A stretch of 64,000 nucleotides of DNA. Source: Antedon mediterranea. Lineage: Eukaryota > Animalia > Echinodermata. A program made the translations under genes and the position numbers. Under the pieces are notes generated by a model. It did no database searches and had not been told where the DNA came from. It worked only from the letters and a program-made list of their open reading frames with translations. The DNA is taken from positions 18,783,648 to 18,847,647 of the forward strand of contig NC_092673.1 of assembly GCF_964355755.1 (NCBI RefSeq), read 5' to 3'. Below are positions 25,346 through 38,691 of this stretch, piece after piece (positions within the stretch are counted from its first letter, which is position 1; the number at the start of each line of letters is the position of its first letter).

Positions 25346-28300
25346 GTGCGTCATCATCGCCCCATCGCAAAGTAGCCCCATCACAAAGTCTCCCCATCGC
25401 AAAGTCGCCCACGGTTTTATTTCGGTATGACTATGAAGCGCCGTCGCTGGTAGTACGCTGTTGTTTTAATCATATCGGTTGCGTTTGATATTGATCGTTA
25501 CTTTGGTCGCGCTAAATGTCGTATACATTTTAATGTTTATCCTATTATATATGTAGCAGGTCACTCACTCTCCTGGAATTCATGTGGTTTTCCATACTTA
25601 ACTAATGTAGACTATAGACCTGGGCTGTAACCACTAAGGTGTCAACTCCTAATAATTAATTGCCTTATTCTATGGAATTGGTAATAACTTACTAATGATT
25701 ACTTGGGTGTGATCTTAATGGATATACCAGCTCTTGGGAGGGGACAAGGAAGGTCACTGAACTGATAAGTCACCTCACTGGGCTACTCCTTAAATAGTCA
25801 TGTACATTCTGTAATTAACACTTGTAGATTAACACAATTTGGAAATAACTTGTACTGATAGCTACAACTTTAATCACTCTCTGTGTACCTGTATATAGTG
25901 TAAATAAAGTACCATTGAGAGAATATAACAACAGTCAACTTATACAACGTAATTTTGAAAACTACAACCATTTTTCTATATACATACAACGTATATTTCT
26001 AGTTTAACAAAAACATTTTTCTCAACTTTCTATTATTTAAAAGTCGAAGATAGCCAGGTCTCGGGTCCATTCTATTGTCGCCACAGATTGATATCTTCAT
26101 CAGTACTTCTATGAATGGATGATTAGCTGGGAACACGAACGCTAGTTGATCATACCCAGTACCGTTTTGATCGTACGATTAATCGGGAAACTACCTCACA
26201 ACATTATACAGGCCTAGGTGCCGACATAGATCTCTAGTGGGAGTTAACCATCATAGTCATTCCTCACATTCAAAATCTTTCCTGTAACTAACAACCCATT
26301 CCTTTTTCTATACATCCTATACTATTTATTTATATCCTACCTTTATACCTATGTTATTTTCGCTCTACTACAATGTACGATACACTTATAATCTTACATG
26401 TATCACACAGTACACAACTTGACATCGCGCACATTGTATACGCTAGCATTTCATTCTAATACGCTCACGCACTTTATCGAACATACTTTTAAACCAAACC
26501 AAAACCATACAACGACAAGACATCCATCGATTCAGTTCAAAACCATTTTTAGGTAAATTTTGAATTATTATTTTCTATCAATTCTACCATTTTCATATAA
26601 AGATATTGTGGAACCACGTCAGGTCAAGTTCAATATTGAATATCGAAACGTGGCAGGCTGAAGGCGCTTGACCTTTGACAAGATCGCCTAAATTTTTAGT
26701 TTTTAACTTTACAATACTTAGTGTTGTATATTCTGGTACAGCCGCTCCATGATCTCTTTGCTTTTCTTCCTTATATCTTTACTCTTTTTAAAAGTTTTAC
26801 TAACGATTTTTATTTTATTTTATTATAATAGGCTATTTATATTTTTGCTTTGTACACGACAACTAACGATCAAATAACAGTTTTTCACATCGCAACTTAT
26901 ACAACGTAATTTTGAAAACTACAACCATTTTTCTATATACATACAACGTACATTTCTAGTTTAACAAAAACATTTTTCTCAACTTTCTATTATTTAAAAG
27001 TCGAAGATAGCCAGGTCTCGGGTCCATTCTATTGTCGCCACAGATTGATATCTTCATCAGTACTTCTATGAATGGATGATTAGGTAGGAACACGAACGCT
27101 AGTTGATCATACCCAGTACCGTTTTGATCGTACGATTAATCGGGAAACCACCTCACGACAGTACCGTTTGATCGTACGATTAATCGGGAAACCACCTCAC
27201 AACATTTATATAAAGAGTGCTACATATACATAATTTGTGGTTTAATTTTTATTTTACAGGTTTTAATGGAGTGATAGTGAGTGAAATAGTTCCTTGTTTG
27301 AAAGTTCTAAAAAGATTATCCCTGATTTATAGTTTCGAAAATGTTAATTTAATATGATTTTAAAATTAGTTACGAATCTTTCTTCAACCTACCCGTGGAT
27401 ACCAGCTCATTTTTTAGGATAATAATAATATATAAAATGTATAAATGTGTAGTAGGCCTTCGTATAGATTAGTTAAAACAATAACAGCGTTGTAAAGACA
27501 ATGAGTGTTATAGGCTACTTATTGATCATTTTGCATTTATTGACAAGTTATGTGTATATTGTTATTTAATTTTATTATGACTTTTCAAAATGAAGAAATA
27601 AAAAATACTCAAAAAAAAAAAAGGATTTCATCGCCGATATGATCGTTTTATACATGCAGGTATTTTAGCAAAATTAAAACGCTACATTTTGACCATGGAA
27701 AAACCATCGTATATACAGTATCGTGTGCGTGTTTTTTAAAAAGGGGAATCCCCGACGGTCAGCAGAAAGACGTAGCAGCTGTGGGAAAACAGATACCAGA
27801 AGGCGCAGCTTCGATTGGTTTCAGATTGCGAGTCGCCTTTTATTCGACAGTACAGTGATCATTTTAAGTGTAGAAATTCTTTTCAACCCTTTTGGTTATA
27901 GAACATTCTAATTATCATGCCTAATAAATATCCTCATATCGGGTGTTTATTTAATTTTAAATTAAACAAGACAGTGAAGAGGCACGGAATAATACGTACA
28001 CGGACGTACGACGAATACACACACGCACGCCGTCATCATTTACGACATATAGGCCTAGTGGTGATATATGATGCAATTTTATAATGGATAATGATGGGAT
28101 TGCCTTTCCAGGCTTATAATCAATGTTAACTGTAATACTAATAGTAAACTGAATGTTTATAAATAAATTGTTTTACGTAATTTGTTGCATATAAAATAAG
28201 ACACAGATGTAGCCTATGTTCCGTTCACATTTAAATAATTATGTACGGTTAAATAACATTATGCCGAATAATACTATAATCTTAAACTATGTTTACAAAT

Positions 28301-28851
28301 TGTCATTTTTTAAGGCACACATCTTTCTCATCATACACCTGTAAAATAAAAAAAAATCAATTATTAATATAGCCCTAATAATAATAAATATTCATCGACC
28401 AAAGTAAAAATAATCTAGATCGTAACTTCATTTTATCGCGACCAAAATTAAACACGACCGATTTCAAACGCGACTGATATCATCGTAAAACTCCGGTGGG
28501 GTTTCCCCATCTTCAGATGGTGCGTTGTATAGCGCGACAACGGCGGAGTAATTACGGGGGTTTCCCTATGGTGAGCTCAGTGATGCGACCGCGGAGTGAT
28601 TAGTCGGGGGATTCCTCTCTGATGATGGGGGAGCGTGCCGATCGTGTGACCTGAGACTACATGGCGGGGCTTTCCATTTTATGCCTACACGTTCTGTGTT
28701 ATTTTGTGTATCATTGTGACATTTTACGCACTTGTAAACTATTTTAACGTGTTGGGGCGACTTTGCGATGGGGCGACTTTCCGATGAGGCGACTGTGTCG
28801 GGGCGACTTTGTTTTGGGGCGACTTTGCATGGGGCGACTTGACTAGCATCC
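25346..28851. mobile_element. ~3.5-kb insertion with inverted ~19-bp subterminal repeats (Mutator/Rehavkus-like)
   Basis: Seen: (CGCCCCATCGCAAAGT)n at 25358-25411 versus (GGGGCGACTTTGCGAT)n at 28754-28840. Absent from duplicate copy B. No TSD, left terminus degenerate. Confidence 0.7.
25936..27207. repeat. Near-identical ~270-bp direct repeat (25936-26207, 26893-27207)
   Basis: Seen: CAACTTATACAACGTAATTTTGAAAAC...CGGGAAAC.ACCTCACAACATT twice. The second copy has an extra ~42-bp internal duplication. Confidence 0.9.
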
Positions 28852-29445
28852 AGACCGTGATCCATGCAAAGTTTAGAAGAAAATAGAGTGCAAAGGCTTT
28901 GCCACTATGGCTATGTTGAAAAAAACCCTTATGACATTTTCTTTAAAGAAATTTAATTTCTTAATTGTAGAAACAAACCCATTTTGAGTAAGAAATAGAA
29001 AAATGTGAAACTAGAGGATAAATTATGTTTTTTAATAATTTTTCTGTATATTATAACATACTCAATGTTTGACAATTTCATAGCTAAAACAATTTTTGTC
29101 AGAGATTTTTCTTATGAAAAAAAGTAATTGTTCAGTAGGAGTTGATCAGGAATTGTGTTTCATTTCGGAATCCTTTTAGCCATGTTTGTTTTTGTACTTG
29201 AGAAAAATGTTATGCAGATTGTCAACAAGCTTACATTGAGAAAAACAAGGGGCCTGATTATTATTAATGACCATTGTGTGTTTGTGTTTACTGTTTGCCT
29301 GTTGCCCCTAGATACAGCCAAACAAATCCTATCAAAATCATTATCGTCAGTTTAATATTAACTTTGTATTTATTTAAACAAAAGATAAAGTAAAAATCAT
29401 CTAATTGTTTGAAACATGTATAAAGGTTATAGAAACGTTTGGTTA

Positions 29446-32400
29446 TTACTTTATGATCCATTTATTAATAGACTAAAATGTACTGCTTCAGCAGGGCTGT
29501 TAGTCAGGGTATTTGTGTGGGGTATTGTACTACCTTACTTTATGATCCATTTATTAATACACTAAAATGCACTGCTTCCTCAGGGCTGTTAGTCAGGGTA
29601 TTTGTGTGTGGTATTGTACTACCTTACTTTATGATCCATTTATTAATAAGACTAAAATGCACTGCTTCCCAGGGCTGTTAGTCAGGGTATTTGTGTGTGG
29701 TATTGTACTACGTTACTTTATGATCCATAGACTAAAATGCACTGCTTCCCAGGGCTATTAGTCAGGGTATTTGTGTGGGGTATTGTACTACCTTACTTTA
29801 TGATCCATTTATTAATAGACTAAATGCACTGCTTCCCCAGGGCTGTTAGTCAGGGTATTTGTGTGGGGTATTGTACTACCTTACTTTATGATCCATTTAT
29901 TAATAGACTAAATGCACGGCTTCCCCAGGGCTGTTAGTCAGGGTATTTGTGTGGGGTATTGTACTACCTTACTTTATGATCCATTTATTAATAGACTATA
30001 ATGCACTGCTTCCACAGGGCTGTTAGTCAGGGTATTTGTGTGGGGTATTGTACTACCTTACTTTATGATCCATTTATTAATAGACTAAATGCACTGCTTC
30101 CCCAGGGCTGTTAGTCAGGGTATTTGTGTGGGGTATTGTACTACCTTACTTTATGATCCATTTATTAATAGACTAAAATGCACTGCTTCCCCAGGGCTGT
30201 TAGTCAGGGTATTTGTGTGGGGTATTGCACTACCTTACTTTATGATCCATTTATTAATAGACTAAAATGCACTGCTTCCCCAGGGCTGTTAGTCAGGGTA
30301 TTTGTGTGGGGTATTGTACTACCTTACTTTATGATCCATTTATTAATAGACTAAAATGCACTACTTCCCCAGGGCTGTTAGTCAGGGTATTTGTGTGGGG
30401 TATTGTACTACCTTACTTTATGATCCATTTATTAATAGACTAAAATGCACTGCTTCCCCAGGGCTGTTAGTCAGGGTATTTGTGTGGGGTATTGTACTAC
30501 CTTACTTTATGATCCATTTATTAATAGACTAAAATGCACTGCTTCCCCAGGGCTGTTAGTCAGGGTATTTGTGTGGGGTATTGTACTACCTTACTTTATG
30601 ATCCATTTATTAATAGACTAAAATGCACTGCTTCCCCATGGCTGTTAGTCAGGGTATTTGTGTAGGGTATTGTACTACCTTACTTTATGATCCATTTATT
30701 AATAGACTAAAATGCACTGCTTCTCCAGGGCTGTTAGTCAGGGTATTTGTGTGGGGTATTGTACTACCTTACCTTATGATCCATTTATTAATAGACTAAA
30801 ATGCACTTCTTCCCCAGGGCTGTTAGTCAGGGTATTTGTGTGGGGTATTGTACTACCTTACTTTATGATCCATTTATTAATAGACTAAAATGCACTGCTT
30901 CCCCAGGGCTGTTAGTCAGGGTATTTGTGTGGGGTATTGTACTACCTTACTTTATGATCCATTTATTAATAGACTAAAATGCACTGCTTCCCCAGGGCTG
31001 TTAGTCAGGGTATTTGTGTGGGGTATTGTACTACCTTACTTTATGATCCATAGACTAAAATGCACTGCTTCCCCAGGGCTGTTAGTCAGGGTATTTGTGT
31101 GGGGTATTGTACTACCTTACTTTATGATCCATTTATTAATAGACTAAAATGCATTGCTTCCCCAGGGCTGTTAGTCAGGGTATTTGTGTGGGGTATTGTA
31201 CTACCTTACTTTATGATCCATTTATTAATAGACTAAAATGCACTGCTTCCCCAGGGCTGTTAGTCAGGGTATTTGTGTGGGGTATTGTACTATACCTAAT
31301 ACTTTATGATCCATTTATTAATAGACTAAAATGCACTGCTTCCCCAGGGCTGTTAGTCAGGGTATTTGTGTGGGGTATTGTACTACCTTACTTTATGATC
31401 CATTTATTAATAGACTAAAATGCACTGCTTCCCCAGGGCTGTTAGACAGGGTATTTGTGTGGGGTATTGTACTACCTTACTTTATGATCCATTTATTAAT
31501 AGACTAAAATGCACTGCTTCCCCAGGGCTGTTAGTCAGGGTATTTGTGTGGGGTATTGTACTACCTTACTTTATGATCCATTTATTAATAGACTAAATGC
31601 ACTGCTTCCCCAGGGCTGTTAGTCAGGGTATTTGTATAGGGTATTGTACTACCTTACTTTATGATCCATTTATTAATAGACTAAAATGCACTGCTTCCCA
31701 GGGCTGTTAGTCAGGGTATTTGTGTGGGGTATTGTACTACCTTACTTTATGATCCATTTATTAATAGACTAAAATGCACTGCTTCCACAGGGCTGTTAGT
31801 CAGGGTATTTGTGTGGGTATTGTACTACCTTACTTTATGATCCATTTATTAATAGACTAAAATGCACTGCTTCCCCAGGGCTGTTAGCCAGGGTATTTGT
31901 GTGTGGTATTGTACTACCTTACTTTATGATCCATTTATTAATAGACTAAAATGCACTGCTTCCCCAGGGCTGTTAGTCAGGGTATTTGTGTGGGGTATTG
32001 TACTACCTTACTTTATGATCGATTTATTAATAGACTAAATGCACTGCTTCCCCAGGGCTGTTAGTCAGGGTGTTTGTGTGGGATATTGTACTACCTTACT
32101 TTATGATCCATTTATTAATAGACTAAAAATAAAATGCACTGCTTCCCCAGGGCTGTTAGTCAGGGTATTTGTGTGGGTGTTGTACTACCTTACTTTATGA
32201 TCCATTTATTAATAGACTAAAATGCACTGCTTCCCCAGGGCTGTTAGTCAGGGTATTTGTGTGTGGTATTGTACCACCTTACTTTATGATCCATTTATTA
32301 ATAGACTAAATGCACTGCTTCCCCAGGGCTGTTAGTCAGGGTATTTGTGTGGGGTATTGTACTACCTTACTTTAGTTTATGATCCATTTATTAATAGACT

Positions 32401-35400
32401 AAAATGCACTGCTTCCCCAGGGCTGTTAGACAGGGTATTTGTGTGCGTATTGTACTACCTTACTTTATGATCCATTTATTAATAGACTAAAATGCACTGC
32501 TTCCCCAGGGCTGTTAGTCAGGGTATTTGTGTGGGGTATTGTACTACCTTACTTTATGATCCATTTATTAATAGACTAAAATGCACTGCTTTCCTAGGGC
32601 TGTTAGTCAGGGTGTTTGTGTGGGATATTGTACTACCTTACTTTATGATCCATTTATTAATAGACTAAAATGCACTGCTTCCCCAGGGCTGTTAATAGTC
32701 AGGGTATTTGTGTGGGGTATTGTACTACCTTACTTTATGATCCATTTATTAATAGACTAAAATGCACTGCTTCCCCAGGGCTGTTAATCAGGAGTATTTG
32801 TGTGTGGTATTGTACTACCTTACTTTATGATCCATTTATTAATAGACTAAAATGCACTGCTTCCCCAGGGCTGTTAGTCAGGGTATTTGTGTGGGGTATT
32901 GTACTACCTTACTCTATGATCCATTTATTAATAGACTAAAATGCACTGCTTCCCATGGCTATTAGTCAGGGTATTTGTGTGTGGTATTGTACTACCTTAC
33001 TTTATGATCCATTTATTAATAGACTAAAATGCACTGCTTCCCAGGGCTGTTAGTCAGGGTATTTGTGTGTGGTATTGTACTACGTTACTTTATGATCCAT
33101 AGACTAAAATGCACTGCTTCCCAGGGCTATTAGTCAGGGTATTTGTGTGGGGTATTGTACTACCTTACTTTATGATCCATTTATTAATAGACTAAAATGC
33201 ACTGCTTCCCCAGGGCTGTTAGTCAGGGTATTTGTGTGGGGTATTGTACAACCTTACTTTATGATCCATTTATTAATAGACTAAAATGCACTGCTTCCCC
33301 AGGGCTGTTAGTCAGGGTATTTGTGTGGGGTATTGTACTACCTTACTTTATGATCCATTTATTAATAAACTAAAATGCACTGCTTCCCCAGGGCTTGTTA
33401 GTCAGGGTATTTGTGTGGGGTATTGTACTACCTTACTTTATGATCCATTTATTAATAGACTAAAATGCACTGCTTCCCCAGGGCTTGTTAGTCAGGGTAT
33501 TTGTGTGGGGTATTGTACTACCTTACTTTATGATCCATTTATTAATAGACTAAAATGCACTGCTTCCCCAGGGCTGTTAGTCAGGGTATTTGTGTGTGGT
33601 ATTGTACTACCTTACTTTATGATCCATTTATTAATAGACTAAAATGCACTGCTTCCCAGGGCTGTTAGTCAGGGTATTTGTGTGTGGTATTGTACTACGT
33701 TACTTTATGATCCATAGACTAAAATGCACTGCTTCCCAGGGCTATTAGTCAGGGTATTTGTGTGGGGTATTGTACTACCTTACTTTATGATCCATTTATT
33801 AATAAACTAAAATGCACTGCTTCCCCAGGGCTTGTTAGTCAGGGTATTTGTGTGGGGTATTGTACTACCTTACTTTATGATCCATTTATTAATAGACTAA
33901 AATGCACTGCTTCCCCAGGGCTGTAATTCAGGGTGTTTGTGTGGGGTATTGTACTACCTTACTTTATGATCCATTTATTAATAGACTAAAATGCACTGCT
34001 TCCCCAGGGCTGTTAGTCAGGGTATTTGTGTGGGGTATTGTACTACCTTACTTTATGATCCATTTATTAATAGACTAAAATGCACTGCTTCCCCATGGCT
34101 GTTAGTCAGGGTATTTGTGTAGGGTATTGTACTACCTTACTTTATGATCCATTTATTAATAGACTAAAATGCACTGCTTCCCCAGGGCTGTTAGTCAGGG
34201 TATTTGTGTGGGGTATTGTACTACCTTACCTTATGATCCATTTATTAATAGACTAAAATGCACTGCTTCCCCAGGGCTGTTAGTCAGGGTATTTGTGTGG
34301 GGTATTGTACTACCTTACTTTATGATCCATTTATTAATAGACTAAAATGCACTGCTTCCCCAGGGCTGTTAGTCAGGGTATTTGTGTGGGGTATTGTACT
34401 ACCTTACTTTATGATCCATAGACTAAAATGCACTGCTTCCCCAGGGCTGTTAGTCAGGGTATTTGTGTGGGGTATTGTACTACCTTACTTTATGATCCAT
34501 TTATTAATAGACTAAAATGCACTGCTTCCCCAGGGCTGTTAGCCAGGGTATTTGTGTGTGGTATTGTACTACCTTACTTTATGATCCATTTATTAATAGA
34601 CTAAATGCACTGCTTCCCCAGGGCTGTTAGTCAGGGTGTTTGTGTGGGATATTGTACTACCTTACTTTATGATCCATTTATTAATAGACTAAAAATAAAA
34701 TGCACTGCTTCCCCAGGGCTGTTAGTCAGGGTATTTGTGTGGGTGTTGTACTACCTTACTTTATGATCCATTTATTAATAGACTAAAATGCACTGCTTCC
34801 CCAGGGCTGTTAGTCAGGGTATTTGTGTGGGTATTGTACTACCTTACTTTATGATCCATTTATTAATAGACTAAAATGCACTGCTTCCCCAGGGCTGTTA
34901 GTCAGGGTATTTGTGTGGGGTATTGTACCACCTTACTTTATGATCCATTTATTAATAGACTAAATGCACTGCTTCCCCAGGGCTGTTAGTCAGGGTATTT
35001 GTGTGGGGTATTGTACTACCTTACTTTAGTTTATGATCCATTTATTAATAGACTAAAATGCACTGCTTCCCCAGGGCTGTTAGACAGGGTATTTGTGTGC
35101 GTATTGTACTACCTTACTTTATGATCCATTTATTAATAGACTAAAATGCACTGCTTCCCCAGGGCTGTTAGTCAGGGTATTTGTGTGGGGTATTGTACTA
35201 CCTTACTTTATGATCCATTTATTAATAGACTAAAATGCACTGCTTTCCTAGGGCTGTTAGTCAGGGTGTTTGTGTGGGATATTGTACTACCTTACTTTAT
35301 GATCCATTTATTAATAGACTAAAATGCACTGCTTCCCCAGGGCTGTTAATAGTCAGGGTATTTGTGTGGGGTATTGTACTACCTTACTTTATGATCCATT

Positions 35401-37411
35401 TATTAATAGACTAAAATGCACTGCTTCCCCAGGGCTGTTAGTCAGGGTATTTGTGTGGGGTATTGTACTACCTTACTTTATGATCCATTTATTAATAGAA
35501 TGCACTGCTTCCCAGGGCTATTAGTCAGGGTATTTGTGTGGGGTATTGTACTACCTTACTTTATGATCCATTTATTAATAAACTAAAATGCACTGCTTCC
35601 CCAGGGCTGTTAGTCAGGGTATTTGTGTGGGGTATTGTACTACCTTACTTTATGATCCATTTATTAATAAACTAAAATGCACTGCTTCCCCAGGGCTTGT
35701 TAGTCAGGGTATTTGTGTGGGGTATTGTACTACCTTACTTTATGATCCATTTATTAATAGACTAAAATGCACTGCTTCCCCAGGGCTGTTAGTCAGGGTA
35801 TTTGTGTGGGGTATTGTACTACCTTACTTTATGATCCATTTATTAATAGACTAAAATGCACTGCTTCCCCAGGGCTGTTAGTCAGGGTATTTGTGTGGGG
35901 TATTGTACTACCTTACTTTATGATCCATTTATTAATAGACTAAAATGCACTGCTTCCCCAGGGCTTGTTAGTCAGGGTATTTGTGTGGGGTATTGTACTA
36001 CCTTACTTTATGATCCATTTAATAGACTAAAATGCACTGCTTCCCCAGGGCTGTTAATCAGGAGTATTTGTGTGTGGTATTGTACTACCTTACTTTATGA
36101 TCCATTTATTAATAGACTAAAATGCACTGCTTCCCCAGGGCTGTTAGTCAGGGTATTTGTGTGGGGTATTGTACTACCTTACTCTATGATCCATTTATTA
36201 ATAGACTAAAATGCACTGCTTCCCCAGGGCTATTAGTCAGGGTATTTGTGTGGGGTATTGTACTACCTTACTTTATGATCCATTTATTAATAGACTAAAA
36301 TGCACTGCTTCCCCAGGGCTGTTAGTCAGGGTATTTGTGTGGGGTATTGTACTACCTTACTTTATGATCCATTTATTAATAGAATGCACTGCTTCCCAGG
36401 GCTATTAGTCAGGGTATTTGTGTGGGGTATTGTACTACCTTACTTTATGATCCATTTATTAATAAACTAAAATGCACTGCTTCCCCAGGGCTGTTAGTCA
36501 GGGTATTTGTGTGGGGTATTGTACTACCTTACTTTATGATCCATTTATTAATAAACTAAAATGCACTGCTTCCCCAGGGCTTGTTAGTCAGGGTATTTGT
36601 GTGGGGTATTGTACTACCTTACTTTATGATCCATTTATTAATAGACTAAAATGCACTGCTTCCCCAGGGCTGTAATTCAGGGTGTTTGTGTGGGGTATTG
36701 TACTACCTTACTTTATGATCCATTTATTAATAAACTAAAATGCACTGCTTCCCCAGGGCTGTTAGTCAGGGTATTTGTGTGGGGTATTGTACTACGTTAC
36801 TTTATGATCCATTTATTAATAGACTAAAATGCACTGCTTCCCCATGGCTGTTAGTCAGGGTATTTGTGTGGGGTATTGTACTACCTTACTTTATGATCCA
36901 TTTATTAATAAACTAAAATGCACTGCTTCCCCAGGGCTGTTAGTCAGGGTATTTGTGTGGGGTATTGTACTACGTTACTTTATGATCCATTTATTAATAG
37001 ACTAAAATGCACTGCTTCCCCAGGGCTGTTAGTCAGGGTATTTGTGTGGGGTATTGTACTACCTTACTTTATGATCCATTTATTAATAGACTAAAATGCA
37101 CTGCTTCCCCAGGGCTGTTAGTCAGGGTATTTGTGTGGGGTATTGTACTACCTTACTTTATGATCCATTTATTAATAGACTAAAATGCACTGCTTCCCCA
37201 GGGCTGTTAGTCAGGGTATTTGTGTGGGGTATTGTACTACCTTACTTTATGATCCATTTAATAGACTAAAATGCACTGCTTCCCCTGTGCTGTTAGTCAG
37301 GGTATTTGTGTGGGGTATTGTACAACCTTACTTTATGATCCATTTATTAATAGACTAAAATGCACTGCTTCCCCAGGGCTGTTAGTCAGGGTATTTGTGT
37401 AGGGTATTGTA
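29446..37411. repeat. Satellite 2, 89-bp monomer, array A (~89 copies)
   Basis: Seen: TTACTTTATGATCCATTTATTAATAGACTAAAATGCACTGCTTCCCCAGGGCTGTTAGTCAGGGTATTTGTGTGGGGTATTGTACTACC tandem. Confidence 0.98.
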
Positions 37412-37597
37412 TAGTCTGGGTTCCAGACGGAGTTTTGTCTTAATATTAGATTAGATTATAAAAATAATAAATGTTTGCTAAAAGTATTCTGACTGTATAT
37501 AGACCCTGAACCAGACCAGATCAAATGTGAGATAACAAATTACCTATCAGAGGTCCCTGTAGCCCATTCAAATAAGACCAATTTTGACAAATATAGT

Positions 37598-37765
37598 CAG
37601 GGCCGTACACAGGATTTTATTTGGGTGGATGCGGATTAATATATTTTGGACCATTTTCATAATATTGAGTGAAGACGATAAGACCCTATAAAATGTGGAC
37701 CTTTTGCAATTAGGGGGGGGGGGGGGTGTCATACCCTCCAACCCCCCGTCCCGCGTACGACCCTG
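37598..37765. mobile_element. Short hAT-like MITE with 5-bp TSD
   Basis: Seen: CAGGGCCGTACAC / GCGTACGACCCTG termini, ATAGT at 37593-37597 and 37766-37770. Truncated paralog starts at ~25227. Confidence 0.85.
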
Positions 37766-38691
37766 ATAGTATTGTGAATACCTGTTTTAATACCCACTAA
37801 TAGCGTATGTGGACTTGTATCAGAATGGATGACACCATTGTAGTAAATACATTACTAACCAATTAGTTAATGATATGACTAGAAACCTACTTAAACAAAT
37901 TAATTTCAAAAAAATAAAAGTTACAGTTATTTGGCTAAAAAATATAATTTGTTATAAACTAGAAATCTAGCTAGTCAACAGCAAAGTAAAAGATTAGGTC
38001 TCTTTAGAATACAGTGTGTGGTATTATGTTTGGACACTAAGAAAACCAAGTGTTTATGGAAAATCTTTATAGCCTAAATACTTCTGGGGAATTAGAAGGT
38101 GATCCACGCAAACTTCAGAAGTTTAGAAGAAAATAAAGTGCAAAGGCTTTGCCACTATGGCTATGTCGAAAAAAACCCTTATGACATTTTCTTTAAAGAA
38201 ATTTAATTTCTTAATTGTAGAAACAAACCCATTTTGAGTAAGAAATAGAAAAATGTGAAACTAGAGGATAAATTATGTTTTTTAATAATTTTTCTGTATA
38301 TAACATACTCAATGTTTGACAATTTCATAGCTAAAACAATTTTTGTCAGAGATTTTTCTTATGAAAAAAAGTAATTGTTCAGTAGGAGTTGTGATCAGGA
38401 ATTGTGTTTCATTTCGGAATCCTTTTAGCCATGTTTGTTTTTTGTACTTGAGAAAAATGTTATGCAGATTGTCAACAAGCTTACATTGATAAAAACAAGG
38501 GGCCTGATTATTATTAATGACCATTGTGTGTTTGTGTTTACTGTTCGCCTGTTGCCCCTAGATACAGCCAAACAAATCCTATCAAAATCATTATCGTCAG
38601 TTTAATATTAACTTTGTATTTAAACAAAAGATAAAGTAAAAATCATCTGATTGTTTGAATCATGTATAAAGGTTATAGAAATGTTTGGTTA

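Noticed and set aside
28566-28865. 99-aa minus ORF
   Set aside because: Runs through GC-rich subterminal repeats, no domain recognised.
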